A DNA stretch of 62,436 nucleotides, the filler included, from Sphacelaria rigidula (lineage: Eukaryota): NCBI GenBank assembly GCA_964200075.2. It is 6 parts of 6 records of this genome, joined end to end, with 100 filler letters (N's around TTAATTAATTAA, not from the genome) between each part and the next. Parts side by side here need not be neighbours in the genome. Positions count along the whole stretch, not along the records: positions 1 to 10,324 come from CAXNAA020006719.1; positions 10,425 to 20,748 come from CAXNAA020006720.1; 4 more parts are not named here. The stretch is one strand, 5' to 3'. The translations under genes and the position numbers were made by a program. Below are positions 1 to 10,626 of the stretch, one piece after another. The number at the start of each line of letters is the position of its first letter. Positions within the stretch are counted from its first letter, which is position 1. Below the pieces are notes generated by a model, which was not told the origin of the DNA, ran no database searches, and saw only the letters and a list, made by a program, of their open reading frames with translations.

Positions 1-386
1 GCACCGCGGGGAATTGCCGCGGTTTGTGCGGATTGTTCCACGGAGGGGGGCAATCCGCTCCGTGAAAAAATCCATGCCACGGATATCCGCTCCGCAATAA
101 TCCGTGACATTTTCATTGGCGGATATCCGCCCCGTGAAAATCCGTGACTTTTCCCACTGACGGATATCCGCTCCGCTCCGTACCATATAAAAAAATCCGC
201 ACCGCACCGTGACATTTTCGTTGGCGGATATCCGCTCCGCAATAATCCGTGACATTTTCAGTGGCGGATATCCGCACCGTCATAATCCATGATTTTCCAC
301 ACACACGGATATCCGCTCCGCTCCGTGAGGTTTCGAAAAAAATAAATCCGCTCCGCGGAGCGGATTGTCCTCCGTACACATCCCTG
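1..386. mobile_element. End of a hAT-like DNA transposon/MITE with a subterminal repeat array
   Basis: At least six copies of the palindrome-like RCGGATATCCGC alternate with AATCCGTGA motifs. The block ends in CATCCCTG (reverse complement CAGGGATG, as in the Ac/hAT TIR start). The other end lies outside the contig. Confidence 0.65.
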
Positions 387-1629
387 GCTATTTCTTTGTT
401 GTCACATTGAGATTGCGAGCAACGTCCAAGTACACTACCGACATAACACTGGTTCAGAATTCGAGAACGGCCAAGCCGCTCTGGCCATGGCTACCTCTAG
501 CGCGACGTTATCCGCAGCTACCGATTGGTAAGTTCGGCGATTTTCGGCTTCGACTGCGTCACGGGTTGTGCACGCAAACGATACGCATACCACTTAATAA
601 ACACCCACACGCCGACTAGAGTATTACTACAGGGCGTGATACCTGATGTTCGGTGGGGTAATGGGAGAAGAGTCATTGATATCATTTTCAGTCTTCAGCA
701 TCGGGACATACGCAGCCTTCAGGCGTTGTAGATTGTGCTTGCCACGTATTTTTGTGGGTGGAGCATTCGATACTTGTTCACTTTGTGTGTGTTCAACAGC
801 AGATTCGTGTAAATCACATTGTAACCTCTTTTTCAGATCCTGGGTCATTGATGCTATCTACCTGCATTTTCGGCTCGAACGACGGACTGTTCAGTCAAGG
901 TACACTGGACAATGGGTGAAGCCCATACTCGAGGAAACAATATGTCGTGTTTAACGTTTCGATCCAATCGGGTCCGGTCAAGTTATGGAGTCTCATAAAG
1001 TAGTCGTGGTGGACATCAAAAGAAATAGTGGTGCCGATTTAATCAATTGGTCGTTTTGAAAGAGACTACTGTCACTTTGCCGGATGTAGTCGGGTCGACG
1101 AACTAGACACGGCATATTGTTCCCACGACTGGGGAATCAAACCGTTGTTCGGGGTGCATCGGTCGTACAGTCCGTCATTCGGGCCAAGCGTAGGAACTAG
1201 GAAACGTTACAGGATCTGAAAAACAGTTACGGTCTAGTTTTACACGAATGTGTTACCACTTTTACATCTTGTTTTTCATGCAACTTCTGTTTTTGCGCCA
1301 GTTATGGTATTCCTCATATCAGCTGTGCTGCACTCCCACACTCTTTTCGTTGTTTCCTTGTTTGGTTGCGATCGATGATAGCTCCAATCGCTGTATTCAA
1401 CAGCTGATTGCGATTTGGTGCGTGTGATTTGCATCTTTCATTTTGAAAAGAAATACGAAATAAACTCTCAACTGATTCCCGTAACGGGCTCTATCTTCAC
1501 CCTTTGGTTTCAGAGCCACTTCCTATGCTTGCATGGTGATTGTCGTGGTCACATTGCATTTCCTTGATTGAAAACTCAATGCGCACATGACCACACGTGT
1601 ACAGCGCAGCATGCAAACTCCCGCGAGTT

Positions 1630-1891
1630 TGCGTGACAGGGTACCGCGGTTTCAGATTCCCGCAGTGCCCCCGGTCTTTCTATGTTACCGCACAGGTACC
1701 GTGTTCGACCACGTGCGGTCCGGACCGTACTCTCCGCAACCCAGACATCGAGGTACCGTAGGATCCACGATGACACAAGACCGCACCGTACGTACCGCAC
1801 TGTACAGGTACCACAATACCGTGTAAGGCAATGATAGCGGGAAAGTCTAGGAACGTTCCGTATAATCATTCCCCGGAAGCCGGTTCCGAGG
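1630..1891. repeat. Interspersed repeat rich in GTACCG/CGCACCGT motifs
   Basis: ccgcaccgtacgtaccgcactgtacaggta...ccggttccgagg (about 1781-1891) recurs at about 28245-28353 on another contig. Confidence 0.55.
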
Positions 1892-2107
1892 AACGCACTG
1901 GACGGTACATGTAGATACTTCGGGTAATCGCACGAGTTCGGCGCCGATGGACGTGAGGTCGGCTGATGACCCCGACAAGAGTACCTACAGTTGAAGCAGA
2001 CACAGGCCCAAAGAAGATCGTTTGCTTTTACCGTCCGTGCATATTTACATGTATCCGCTCCTTTTGTCTGCTGACCCATGTGCTGCTACCTCTTCAACAG
2101 CAGCGCC

Positions 2108-3127
2108 ATGGCGCCTCCGTTGATCGGCGGCATTATTTACTTAGGAATATTGGTGTTCGTCGCAGTTCCGGCGATCAACAATAGGCCTGACCCGCCTACC
2201 ACGGAGAGCATCGCAGCGCCGTCCTCTCGCCGACAATCTTGCTCGACCCGTGTGTCAGACGGCATGAGAAACGTCGCCGCAGTTCGTGCGTTCATCGAGG
2301 GAGACACAGCCTACTATCGCGATTCATGGGCGCTCGAGCTCCAACCCTCACATTTGCCGGACGACGAGGGTTCAGAAGAAGACGTCGGAGAAACCGCGGG
2401 GGAGGCGAGGTCAGACGAGGTTGCACTTGTACAGTATGAGAGTTTACCCCTGGAGTACTGGGCAAGGCCGGAATGCAAAGCTGGCCAGGCGGTGGAAGAA
2501 GAAGCCGTGGCGCAGACGAGGGCGGTCAAGCTTGCCCTCGTCCAGTACGAGGGTTCACCCGTGAAGTACTGGGCAAGGCCGGAGTGCAAAGCTGGCTGGG
2601 CTGTGGCCGAACAAACCGCAGCGAAGGAGACACCGGACAAGTTTGTATTTTTTCCGTCTGAAATGCTGCCCCTAGAATACTGGTCAAGGCCGGAGTGCAA
2701 AGCTGGCCAGACGATGCCAGAAGAATCCGTGGCGTATGCGAGAGCGGTCGAGTTTGCCCTTGTCCAGTATGAGAGTTTATCCCTGGAACATTGGGCAAGG
2801 CCGGAGTGCAAAGCTCGCCAGGCGGTGAAGGAAGAAACCGTGGCGCAGTCAAGAGCGGTCAAGTCTACCCTTGTCCAGTACGAGGCTTTACCCCTGGAAT
2901 CCTGGGCAAGGCCGGAGTGCAAACCTGGCCAGGCGGCAGAAGATGGAATCGTGGCGCAGACGAGAGCGGTCAAGGTTCCGCTTGTCCCGTACAATGGGTT
3001 GCCCCAGGAATCCTGGGTGAGCCCGGAGAGTAAAGCTGGCCAGGCGATGACTGAACGAACCGCGGGAGAGGTGAGTGCGGACAAGTTTGCACTTGTTCCG
3101 TTTGAGATGCTGCATCTGGGGTACTGA
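2108..3127 (+). CDS. Protein with an N-terminal hydrophobic anchor and 37-aa tandem repeats (ALVQYESLPLEYWARPECKAGQ...); possibly pseudogenising
   Basis: ATG in gccATGG context just after an acceptor-like ctcttcaacag (2100). Hydrophobic LIGGIIYLGILVFVAVPAI. 111-bp units at about 2460, 2571, 2682, 2793, 2904, 3015. The stop codon falls on the conserved Trp codon of unit 7 (TGG>TGA), and a degenerate unit 8 follows near 3230. Confidence 0.55.
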   Translation: MAPPLIGGIIYLGILVFVAVPAINNRPDPPTTESIAAPSSRRQSCSTRVSDGMRNVAAVRAFIEGDTAYYRDSWALELQPSHLPDDEGSEEDVGETAGEARSDEVALVQYESLPLEYWARPECKAGQAVEEEAVAQTRAVKLALVQYEGSPVKYWARPECKAGWAVAEQTAAKETPDKFVFFPSEMLPLEYWSRPECKAGQTMPEESVAYARAVEFALVQYESLSLEHWARPECKARQAVKEETVAQSRAVKSTLVQYEALPLESWARPECKPGQAAEDGIVAQTRAVKVPLVPYNGLPQESWVSPESKAGQAMTERTAGEVSADKFALVPFEMLHLGY

Positions 3128-4085
3128 GAACGGCCTGAAGCCCACAGGGCGGTGTCCGATCAAGCCGTGGGGAAGGTGAGGGCGGAAAGGTTTGCACTTT
3201 ATCAGTATGACGGACTGCCCCTGTGAGTCTGGGCAAGATCAGATCGCGAAATTGGTGTAGAGGTAAGCGAGAAAGCCCTTCCGTTCGTACACCTATCTCG
3301 AGGAGTTGACATTCATCTGGCGATCTCAACAAAAATGTGAAGTTTGCAAAATTCCGTGGGGGGGGGCTGGGCTGTGCAGAGGGAATAGAGCTGCGCAGAG
3401 AGAGAAAACCCTCGACCTGAAAAAGAGCCTGCTGCAGAATGTGCTTTCAGTTTTGCTGCAGTTACACGCTGTAGAGTGGGTCTGTACATGTAAGTGGATA
3501 CTCTACGCTACAGAAACGTGATTTTGCGGTTATTTGGGCCTAAACTCGAAGTATCGCCGACCACGCGTCGGCAACGTTTGAGATGGACTGTAGCGACGGA
3601 ATACAGTATGAACGTGTTCCGACGGCCGTTGTTGAGGGACAGTCGACGTTGAAATACGGTCTAGCTGGCCATGGCAGCTGGCAAAGGTACAGATCGGAGA
3701 AATATAGCGATCACAGCTCGGTATCGAATTATCTACGACTTGTATCTGAGAGGTGTCCCCTTCTATTGATCCACAGCGCATCATGCACCTACCGTCGCCC
3801 GCACACGCTTTTGATCTGGAGAGCGTTGTGTGCGTTGCTATCACGTGTACAACCTATGTTCAGCAGTTACCCTACTACCCTTGCATTCCCACCCATATGT
3901 CTTCACCGGCACGACTCTCTTCACACTTTTTTACCACATCCTGAACCTATCCCTCCTTCCTGGAGACGAGCCCGTAGCCTCAGAGAGTCAAGCCATCTCT
4001 CTCCCGGTACTCGCCTTACATCCATCAGCATATCCGCACCCTCGCCACTTTGATCGCATTCGACTGTTCTTCATGTGAATCCCAG

Positions 4086-4254
4086 GTACCCTTCAAGGTA
4101 CCAGACCAAGCTTATGGCCATGTTGGTTTCAAAACTATCCCTACTGAGGCGTTCGGCAACGCTAGAATCATCGCCGGCTCCTGCGTGGCGGTGTTGGCAC
4201 TTCTTGGCATCTGTGGTCTCTGGTGGTACAAGAACTTCAAGCGTCGGAAGCGAG
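4086..4254 (+). CDS. Putative exon encoding a single transmembrane helix plus a basic stop-transfer segment; probably part of the SAM-RING gene
   Basis: cccag acceptor at 4085; VPFKVPDQ...IIAGSCVAVLALLGICGLWWYKNFKRRKR; phase-1 donor G/gtgaca at 4255 is compatible with the phase-1 acceptor tgcag at 6093. Confidence 0.5.
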
Positions 4255-4872
4255 GTGACAGACTTCGCCGACAATTGGCTTTGAGGTTGATAACCTGCCC
4301 GAGGCCTTCAGCGGTATATCGAGGGTGATATTTTGCCCCAAACTACCCTTATCAAACTCTGCAGTGCATACGGAAATGACCACCAAAGCCCTTGTCGGTG
4401 TAGCGTACAAGCCTCGCAACAGTTCTCGTCCTACGATGTGTGATTTTTCCATTTCGTCACCGGATCGGGTTTGAGAACGAGGCAACGTGTGGATTGCAGA
4501 ACCGGCAAGCATATCGAGGTCTGAATGTTGAAGAAATATAGCATACAGTAATCCTCGAAGATTCGTTGAGGGTTGACCTGTTGTAAACTTCGTGATAACT
4601 GGCCGCGTTCACCCAAACGCCGCAGCGCTGAGGTTGCTTTCCCGCGTCTCGTGTAGTTTCAGCGAGGTTGGCTACCGGAGCGTTCGACAATGCGTAGATA
4701 ACGACCTGCGTGACCCGCCTCAAAACGTCTGAAAGGCATGCGTACCACGGTGGTCGCTTCAAGATTGGGTGTCCGATGAACCCTTCCTGGTCGACTGCAG
4801 GGGGAGCGCCTATAGCGGGTGCTTCTGTGGCATCATCGGCGATACTGAAAGCAGTGAAAATAAACTGCGCAG

Positions 4873-5584
4873 ACGGGAAATATCTGCCAAAGATATGTCC
4901 ACCACGGCGAAATTGGTGCCCGTCGACCACAACATCGACAACACGCCTGGCGATGTTGCGACCTTTGATCTTGGCACTTGAACAGTAAGGGTTGGCTTGA
5001 TGGAGCTTGGGGCGGGGTCGAGTGTGGGCAACCAGTCTTGGACGAAGCGCTGTACTGCGCGGCGAGGCCAAGGACGGGAGGAGAAGATCCGAACGAGGTG
5101 GTGAACGGGGTGTCTTCGTTGGCTGGGGCGATGGACTCCAAATCCAGAGAGGGTGACTAGTTCCGGAGAACTGTTGGGAGGTTCTGAACTGCCGCCGTTG
5201 CTTGTGTCGTGTAGGGTTGTGATTTGTGCTGCCCTTTTACAGCACAAAACACAACCCTACACGACACAGGAAATGACAGCAGTTCGGAACCTCCCGACAG
5301 TTCTCCGGAAGTAGTCACTCTCGCGGAATTTGGGGTGCATCGCCCCAGCCACCGAAGATGCGCCGTTCATCACCTCGTTCGGATCCGCTCCTGCCATCCT
5401 TGGCCTAGGCACGAAGCACGGCGTTTCGTTCAGTAATGATTATCCACAACCCGCCCCCGCCACAAGCTGCATCAAGCCGACCCTGACTTTTGATGTTCCG
5501 AAATCGAAGGTCGCGATATCGCCAGGCGTGTCGACGGGCATCAATTTCGCCGTGGCGGACATATCTTGGGCAGATGTTTTCCGT
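4873..5584. repeat. Long inverted repeat (foldback) with ~350-bp arms and an 8-nt loop
   Basis: tgtgtcgtgtagggttgtgatttgtgctg-ccctttta-cagcacaaaacacaaccctacacgacaca at the centre. Pairing extends to atctgccaaagatatgtcc / ggacatatcttgggcagat at the ends. Confidence 0.9.
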
Positions 5585-6093
5585 GTTGAACTTGCGTCCG
5601 CTCTTCTGGTGATCGCCAAGTGACGCCCTTCACGGTCTACGATCGCCAGAGCCATCACGAGTTTTAGACTGCGTGTGGGTTTGGTTGAACCCGAGTGTTT
5701 TGCTGAAGTGGTGGTTGAGCCGTCCTTCGATGTATCTCATTTTCTTGTTGGTAACAACGCGACGTATGTCCTCTGTACTCAACAATTTGCTGCTGCAGCC
5801 TTCGCGCCGACGAGTGTTATCGGGCAATCTTCCCTTCTTCGTCCTTCGACACGTTTGAGTGCTATATGATCGCCCCATCTCGGTCTCCCACTGGAGGTTC
5901 ACGTACAGCGTTTGATTCTGCAGCCAACTACATCTATCCCATCGTTATGATCAGTCAATAAAATATGCCATTTTGCCGCACGTCCCATCGCCACAACGTA
6001 CACCAGTTGTACAGAAGAGAGTATTGTGAGAATATATGGTATTAAACATCGTGTCGACTTGACTATTTTGAAAACAATTGTCTGAAAATGCAG

Positions 6094-6645
6094 AGAATGC
6101 TGCGAGGGCTATAATTGGAGGCGGAGGGATACACCAGGAATACCTACATCAGCAAGAAGCGCTGCGCGACCAACAGCAGCAGCAGTGGCAGCAGCAGCAA
6201 CAACAACAAAAACATCAACGGCAACAAGATCAAGAAGAACAACAAGAACGTCAACAAGATCAAGAAAAAGATCAAGAACAAGAAGAAAGAGAAGAGGAAG
6301 CGGAAGTAGAAGCAGGAGCAGAAGCAGAAGCAGAAGGAAAAGGAGAAGAAGGAGCAGAAGCAGAAGAAGAAGAAGAAGAAGAAGAAGAAGAACAACAACA
6401 ACAAGAAGCAGAAGTAGAAGGAGAAGGAGAAGAAGAACAACAACAACAACAAGGAGCAGAAGGAGAAGAAGGAGCAGAAGAAGAAGAACAACAACAGCAA
6501 CAAAAAGAACTAGAAGAAGAAGAAGAAGAAGAAGAAGAAGGAGAAGGAGAAGTAGAAGAACAACAACAAGAAGAAGAAGGAGCAGAAGGAGAAGAAGGAG
6601 CAGAAGAAGAACAACAACAACAGCAACAAGAAGAACTAGAAGAAG

Positions 6646-6677
<32 letters not shown>

Positions 6678-8380
6678 GAAGAAGAAGTAGAAGCAGAAGT
6701 AGAAGCAGAAGCAGAAGCAGAAGCAGAAGCAGAAGCAGAAGCAGAAGCAGAAGCAGAAGCGGAACAACAAGAACAACAAGAACAACAAGAACAACAAGAA
6801 CAACAAGAACAACAAGAAGAACAAGAACAAGAACAAGAAGGAGAACGACAACAACAACAACAACAACAACAACAACAGGTTCAGCAGCGCGCCGCTACAC
6901 AAGCACCAGCCGTACCCACTGTTGCTGTCATTGGAAGTGGCGGCATCAACACTAACGGTAACGTCGAACCTATGCCCCCACGCGGACTTCCACCCGCCAG
7001 GAGTACCAGTGCCCCTGTGCAGCCGGCTCTGGTGGGACTCGGCGGCGTCAGCAGGGAGACGAGCGATGACAAACGGCCGTCAAACGGCAAGGCAGCGCCT
7101 GCTGCGTCACCTTCACCGTCGCCTCTGTTTGCCAGCGTCGAGGAGTTGCTCATGTCAGTGGGGTACCTGTCGCTGCTGCCCAACTTCCTTGAGCAGGAGT
7201 TCGATCTTGAGTCGATCGCGTTCATGACGGACAAAGATTTCGAGGAGATTCGGGTGCGTGTTTTGGGGTAGGCGGGGGGGTGTTTGTTTGCTTTTCGACT
7301 ACCCGTAGTCGAGTCGCTATTCGTGGGTACGCAGACTTTTGTTCAACGTCTATGTGGGCCATCTTATGCCGATGTTTTTGCGACTACCGAGCTAGAGAGA
7401 TTGCGCTACCTCCGGGAGACTTCATATAATCTACGAGAAGCTTGCAGTGCGCTTTTTCGACCTCCCTCAGCGACCAGTTTGACTTTGGGCCGAATCCGCG
7501 ACACGACAAAGTATACCACCATAGTGTATCAACACTTGAGTTAGATGCCCCCCCCTTCCCTGATGGATTTGGAGACAGGTCACTAATGGCTTCCTGTCAT
7601 ACTCGGCTTATAATGTACAACATCTACAGAGCAACCATTTTGTGCAAGACCCATCACTTATCTCACCCTCCCCCACCCCCAAATAAACATATATACATTA
7701 TGGATCATCACAGGTTCCCAAGGGTCCCCAGTTGAAGATTCAGCGTGCGTGTCGCGAGGCGGGGCTGTTGTCACACGAAAATACCCCCGCCGGTCACCCC
7801 GAATTGGCGTGGTCCCCCGCTGGCTCCACTAACCAGGGCACTTTGTCCAGTGACGGTGGCGAGGACGCTAAAGGCGTCAAGGCGACTTGGGCGAGTACGA
7901 ACGCCCCTGCCATCGATTGCCACGTATGCTTTGAGAGGCCGACCGAGGTGAGAGAGGGGAAATTTGACTCGCTGTTCTTCTTCAAGGGGAAAAAAAATAT
8001 CCATCAGGTCTCCTCTCTTTATCATGATATGGCCGACATCCGGGTACACGTATCGGTCCAGCGAGAAGGTTTCCCTTTTTTCTAAGTCATGGGAGAGAAC
8101 ACCAACAACGCCATTTCATTTTCTTTGATGACTTCAAAGAACGGTTTGTCAGAGAATCCAACGCGCGACTATCGCCATTCGTTTCTTCTTGTGTGTGTAT
8201 GCGTGCGGGGAATTCGGCGAACCATGTCTAACCTGTCTTTTCTTGCGTGCATAAAATCAGGTGACGTTCGTGCCATGTGGACATGAGATTTACTGCAAGA
8301 GGTGCGGAAAGGAGCGAGAAGGCAGACCATGCCCCATCTGCCGCAGGGTTATCCAATCTGTTGCCAACTTCTATCAATAG
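6094..8380 (+). CDS. SAM-domain + C3HC4 RING-finger protein (putative E3 ligase), 3' exons ~6094-7253, 7714-7947, 8261-8380
   Basis: Phase-0 GT-AG splicing rebuilds a SAM domain (SVEELLMSVGYLSLLPNFLEQEFDLESIAFMTDKDFEEIR/VPKGPQLKIQRA) and a RING (CHVCFERPTE/VTFVPCGHEIYCKRCGKEREGRPCPICRRVI), ending in TAG at 8380. The 5' exon boundary is less certain. Confidence 0.88.
6170..6877 (+). repeat. Compound GAA/CAA/GAAGCA microsatellite encoding a poly-E/Q/EA tract
   Basis: About 700 bp almost devoid of T, in frame with the SAM exon. Confidence 0.95.
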
Positions 8381-8698
8381 TTTGGTTCCCTTTCTCTCTT
8401 TCAAGAGACAACGTATTTTGATTGAAGACAGCACTAGCACATTGGATATGCTTGTTGAAGAGAACGCAGCGTAGATGGTTTTTCTCGCACAACGAGGGCA
8501 TCTGACTTTTGGCAACTGACCTTCTGTTTCTGGGTTGTGGAGATTTTCAGTGGGCTTCTGTCAACTTACAGGAAAGAAGAGGGACCCTCAAGATAGTTTC
8601 TAGTTCTTCGGCATGACTCACGCACGTCTTCAAAGTTGAGCGGCTAGATTGGAACGTTAGGAGCTGTAGGCACTGATGGCTGAAACGACCCAATAGGC

Positions 8699-8792
8699 TG
8701 TATGTGTGTGCTGTCTTCCCATTTATTCTGGACGCCGGTCTACACCTTTCGGTACATGCGGGCGCATCAGTCGGGGTCACACAAGAGAAAGG
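8699..8792 (-). mobile_element. 3' fragment of the tRNA-derived SINE family
   Basis: Reverse complement of tgtgaccccggctgatgcgcccacatacaccgaaaggt...ggcgtccagaat...cacaca. Confidence 0.8.
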
Positions 8793-8807
8793 GCACACCC
8801 TGCCGAC

Positions 8808-9359
8808 TATGTAGTGGTCAAACTTTAAAAAAAACGTGTTCGATTGGAAGCGCTGTTTTCAGGTTTTTCGGTTGCGACGACTCATCACGGTTTCTGTTTG
8901 ATCTCAAACTTTGGCTAAACACGAGCATCCGGCCCGAGTTTCGAGAAACAAATGCAATCCACGACCGATTTCGAACGAGATCGGGGATCACCAGTCTTTG
9001 AGGGTCCTGCGAGTGTACAGCCCGCGGTTCTCGCTTAGATATTTTCGCTCGACCGAACCGATCCGGATCTTTATAATCAAGAACTATATGTCTTAAGTTT
9101 GTCCATTTCCTCGATACTCATCGCGCTACAGCCGACGAACCGCGTCGTTGGGCTATGATATACGGTCAATAACTAGGTAAACGGTTTCTATTATTTTGTG
9201 TCATTCAGACAACACAAAATGGGAAGTGTGTCCTGAGGGCGACCTGCTGCTTATTCCAACGCCTACCAACTAACACTCTCGAGTGAAGGTGACAAGTCAT
9301 CTCCGAAAAAATGATTGACTGAATACCATGTGTTTTTTTCAAAGTTTGACTACTGCATA
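8808..9359. mobile_element. MITE with TA-flanked TIRs (Tc1/mariner-like)
   Basis: tatgtagtggtcaaactttaaaaaaaacg ... tgtttttttcaaagtttgactactgcata form imperfect ~30-bp terminal inverted repeats. Confidence 0.6.
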
Positions 9360-10324
9360 TACTACAACAAGGAGCACAAGGGAAAATAAGTTTCGAGCTG
9401 CAAAGTGACTCACTCATCCACATGCGCATCAAAACCCTCAGCACGAAGTAAAATCACTCGGTAGGCGTACACATGCTGGCACTTCGTCACGCATTGCCGA
9501 GGAGAAATGCACCACATACTATACTATAGCTTAAATACAGCTTCATCGCCTAGACAAGGTAACAGTAGGGCACCCCCAAGACTATTCTATTCCTCCATTG
9601 ACAATCTTGACTCAACCGAAATATCATACGCTCGTAGTCATCTCCCAAATCAACCAAACCAAAAGTCATGATCCAACACGTTCAAGACGACACCTGACGC
9701 AACAACAATCGAGCTGGTGCCGGCTTGCCACAACACAAGAACAGCGCAACGTGTGCGTATCCAAGACAGCATGGGCGGGCACAACCGCCGCCAAAAAGCA
9801 GCGAGCGAGCAGCTGTTTGACCGCAAGACAAAACATCGGAATGCAAAACAAAAGGGGGAGCAAATTACAAAAGCACGCAGACAAACATACACATCATACT
9901 ACAGCTGTACGCTCGTACGCGATCAAGGAGGGAAAGCAATACCAGCTAGAAAACAAAATACTATAAACGAACGTGACGAAATTTACCGCACGCCCCCAAG
10001 ACATGCGGGATACCACCACCCGCCACTGCGCAGATCTGTGTTTTGCACAAATGCCGCAGCACTTTGACTCGACACATGCACCATTACGCCATGTTCCAAG
10101 GTACCACATAACATGAAGAGAGGCACACAATAAATCAAGCCGGAGGGATCCTGTAAGCGCAAGGCGATCATATTCCACGACTCTAGCATCTCCTTATTCG
10201 CCTGCCGTGCCAACCGCAAGCGTGCATAGCCATTGTCCCACACTTCACATGAGATACCCCCTGCCCCCCCTCCCCCCCCTATGCTCCGTCTCGAAAGGGA
10301 TGCGTGGTCAATGGTCAAATGACT

Positions 10325-10424
10325 NNNNNNNNNNNNNNNNNNNNNNNNNNNNNNNNNNNNNNNNNNNNTTAATTAATTAANNNNNNNNNNNNNNNNNNNN
10401 NNNNNNNNNNNNNNNNNNNNNNNN
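10325..10424. other. Artificial contig linker (44 N + TTAATTAATTAA + 44 N)
   Basis: Identical 100-bp spacer with stop codons in all six frames. Confidence 0.98.
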
Positions 10425-10426
10425 GA

Positions 10427-10626
10427 ACACTACGTCGTACGATCATCCCCATTGCGCGGAGTTGAGGTTCTCCCACGCCGCACAACATGATCTAGCTCGA
10501 CTACCATCATGATTACCGTAAAAAACACGCAAGCGCGCAAAAAAAACGATACCCTGGTCGCCTAGCTCACGTAGTGAGTGGCGCGTTTTCCGGCGTCATC
10601 GCCAACCGACGCCAACCCCCATCGGC
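10427..10626 (+). repeat. Interspersed repeat, also present at the start of contig 5 (~41702-41901)
   Basis: Shared atcatccccattg.gcggagttgaggttctcccacgccgcacaacatgatctagctcga...catcgccaaccgacgccaaccccatcgg. Confidence 0.85.

Noticed and set aside
2430..3270. Regularly spaced conserved core with variable spacers, resembling a CRISPR array
   Set aside because: The period is exactly 111 bp (37 codons), the spacers are homologous to one another, the frame is open, the context is eukaryotic and no cas genes are present.
4950..5010. DLGT..VRVG resembling the actin/Hsp70/FGGY phosphate-1 motif
   Set aside because: Single short motif, a stop codon in one arm, and no further actin-fold motifs.
6185..6955. 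256-aa RS/T-rich ORF and antisense F/L-rich ORFs
   Set aside because: Alternative-frame shadows of the GAA/CAA microsatellite; only the E/Q frame continues into the SAM domain.
10369..10380. TTAATTAATTAA as a biological repeat or piggyBac target site
   Set aside because: Always centred in N runs of fixed length; a synthetic all-frame stop linker.
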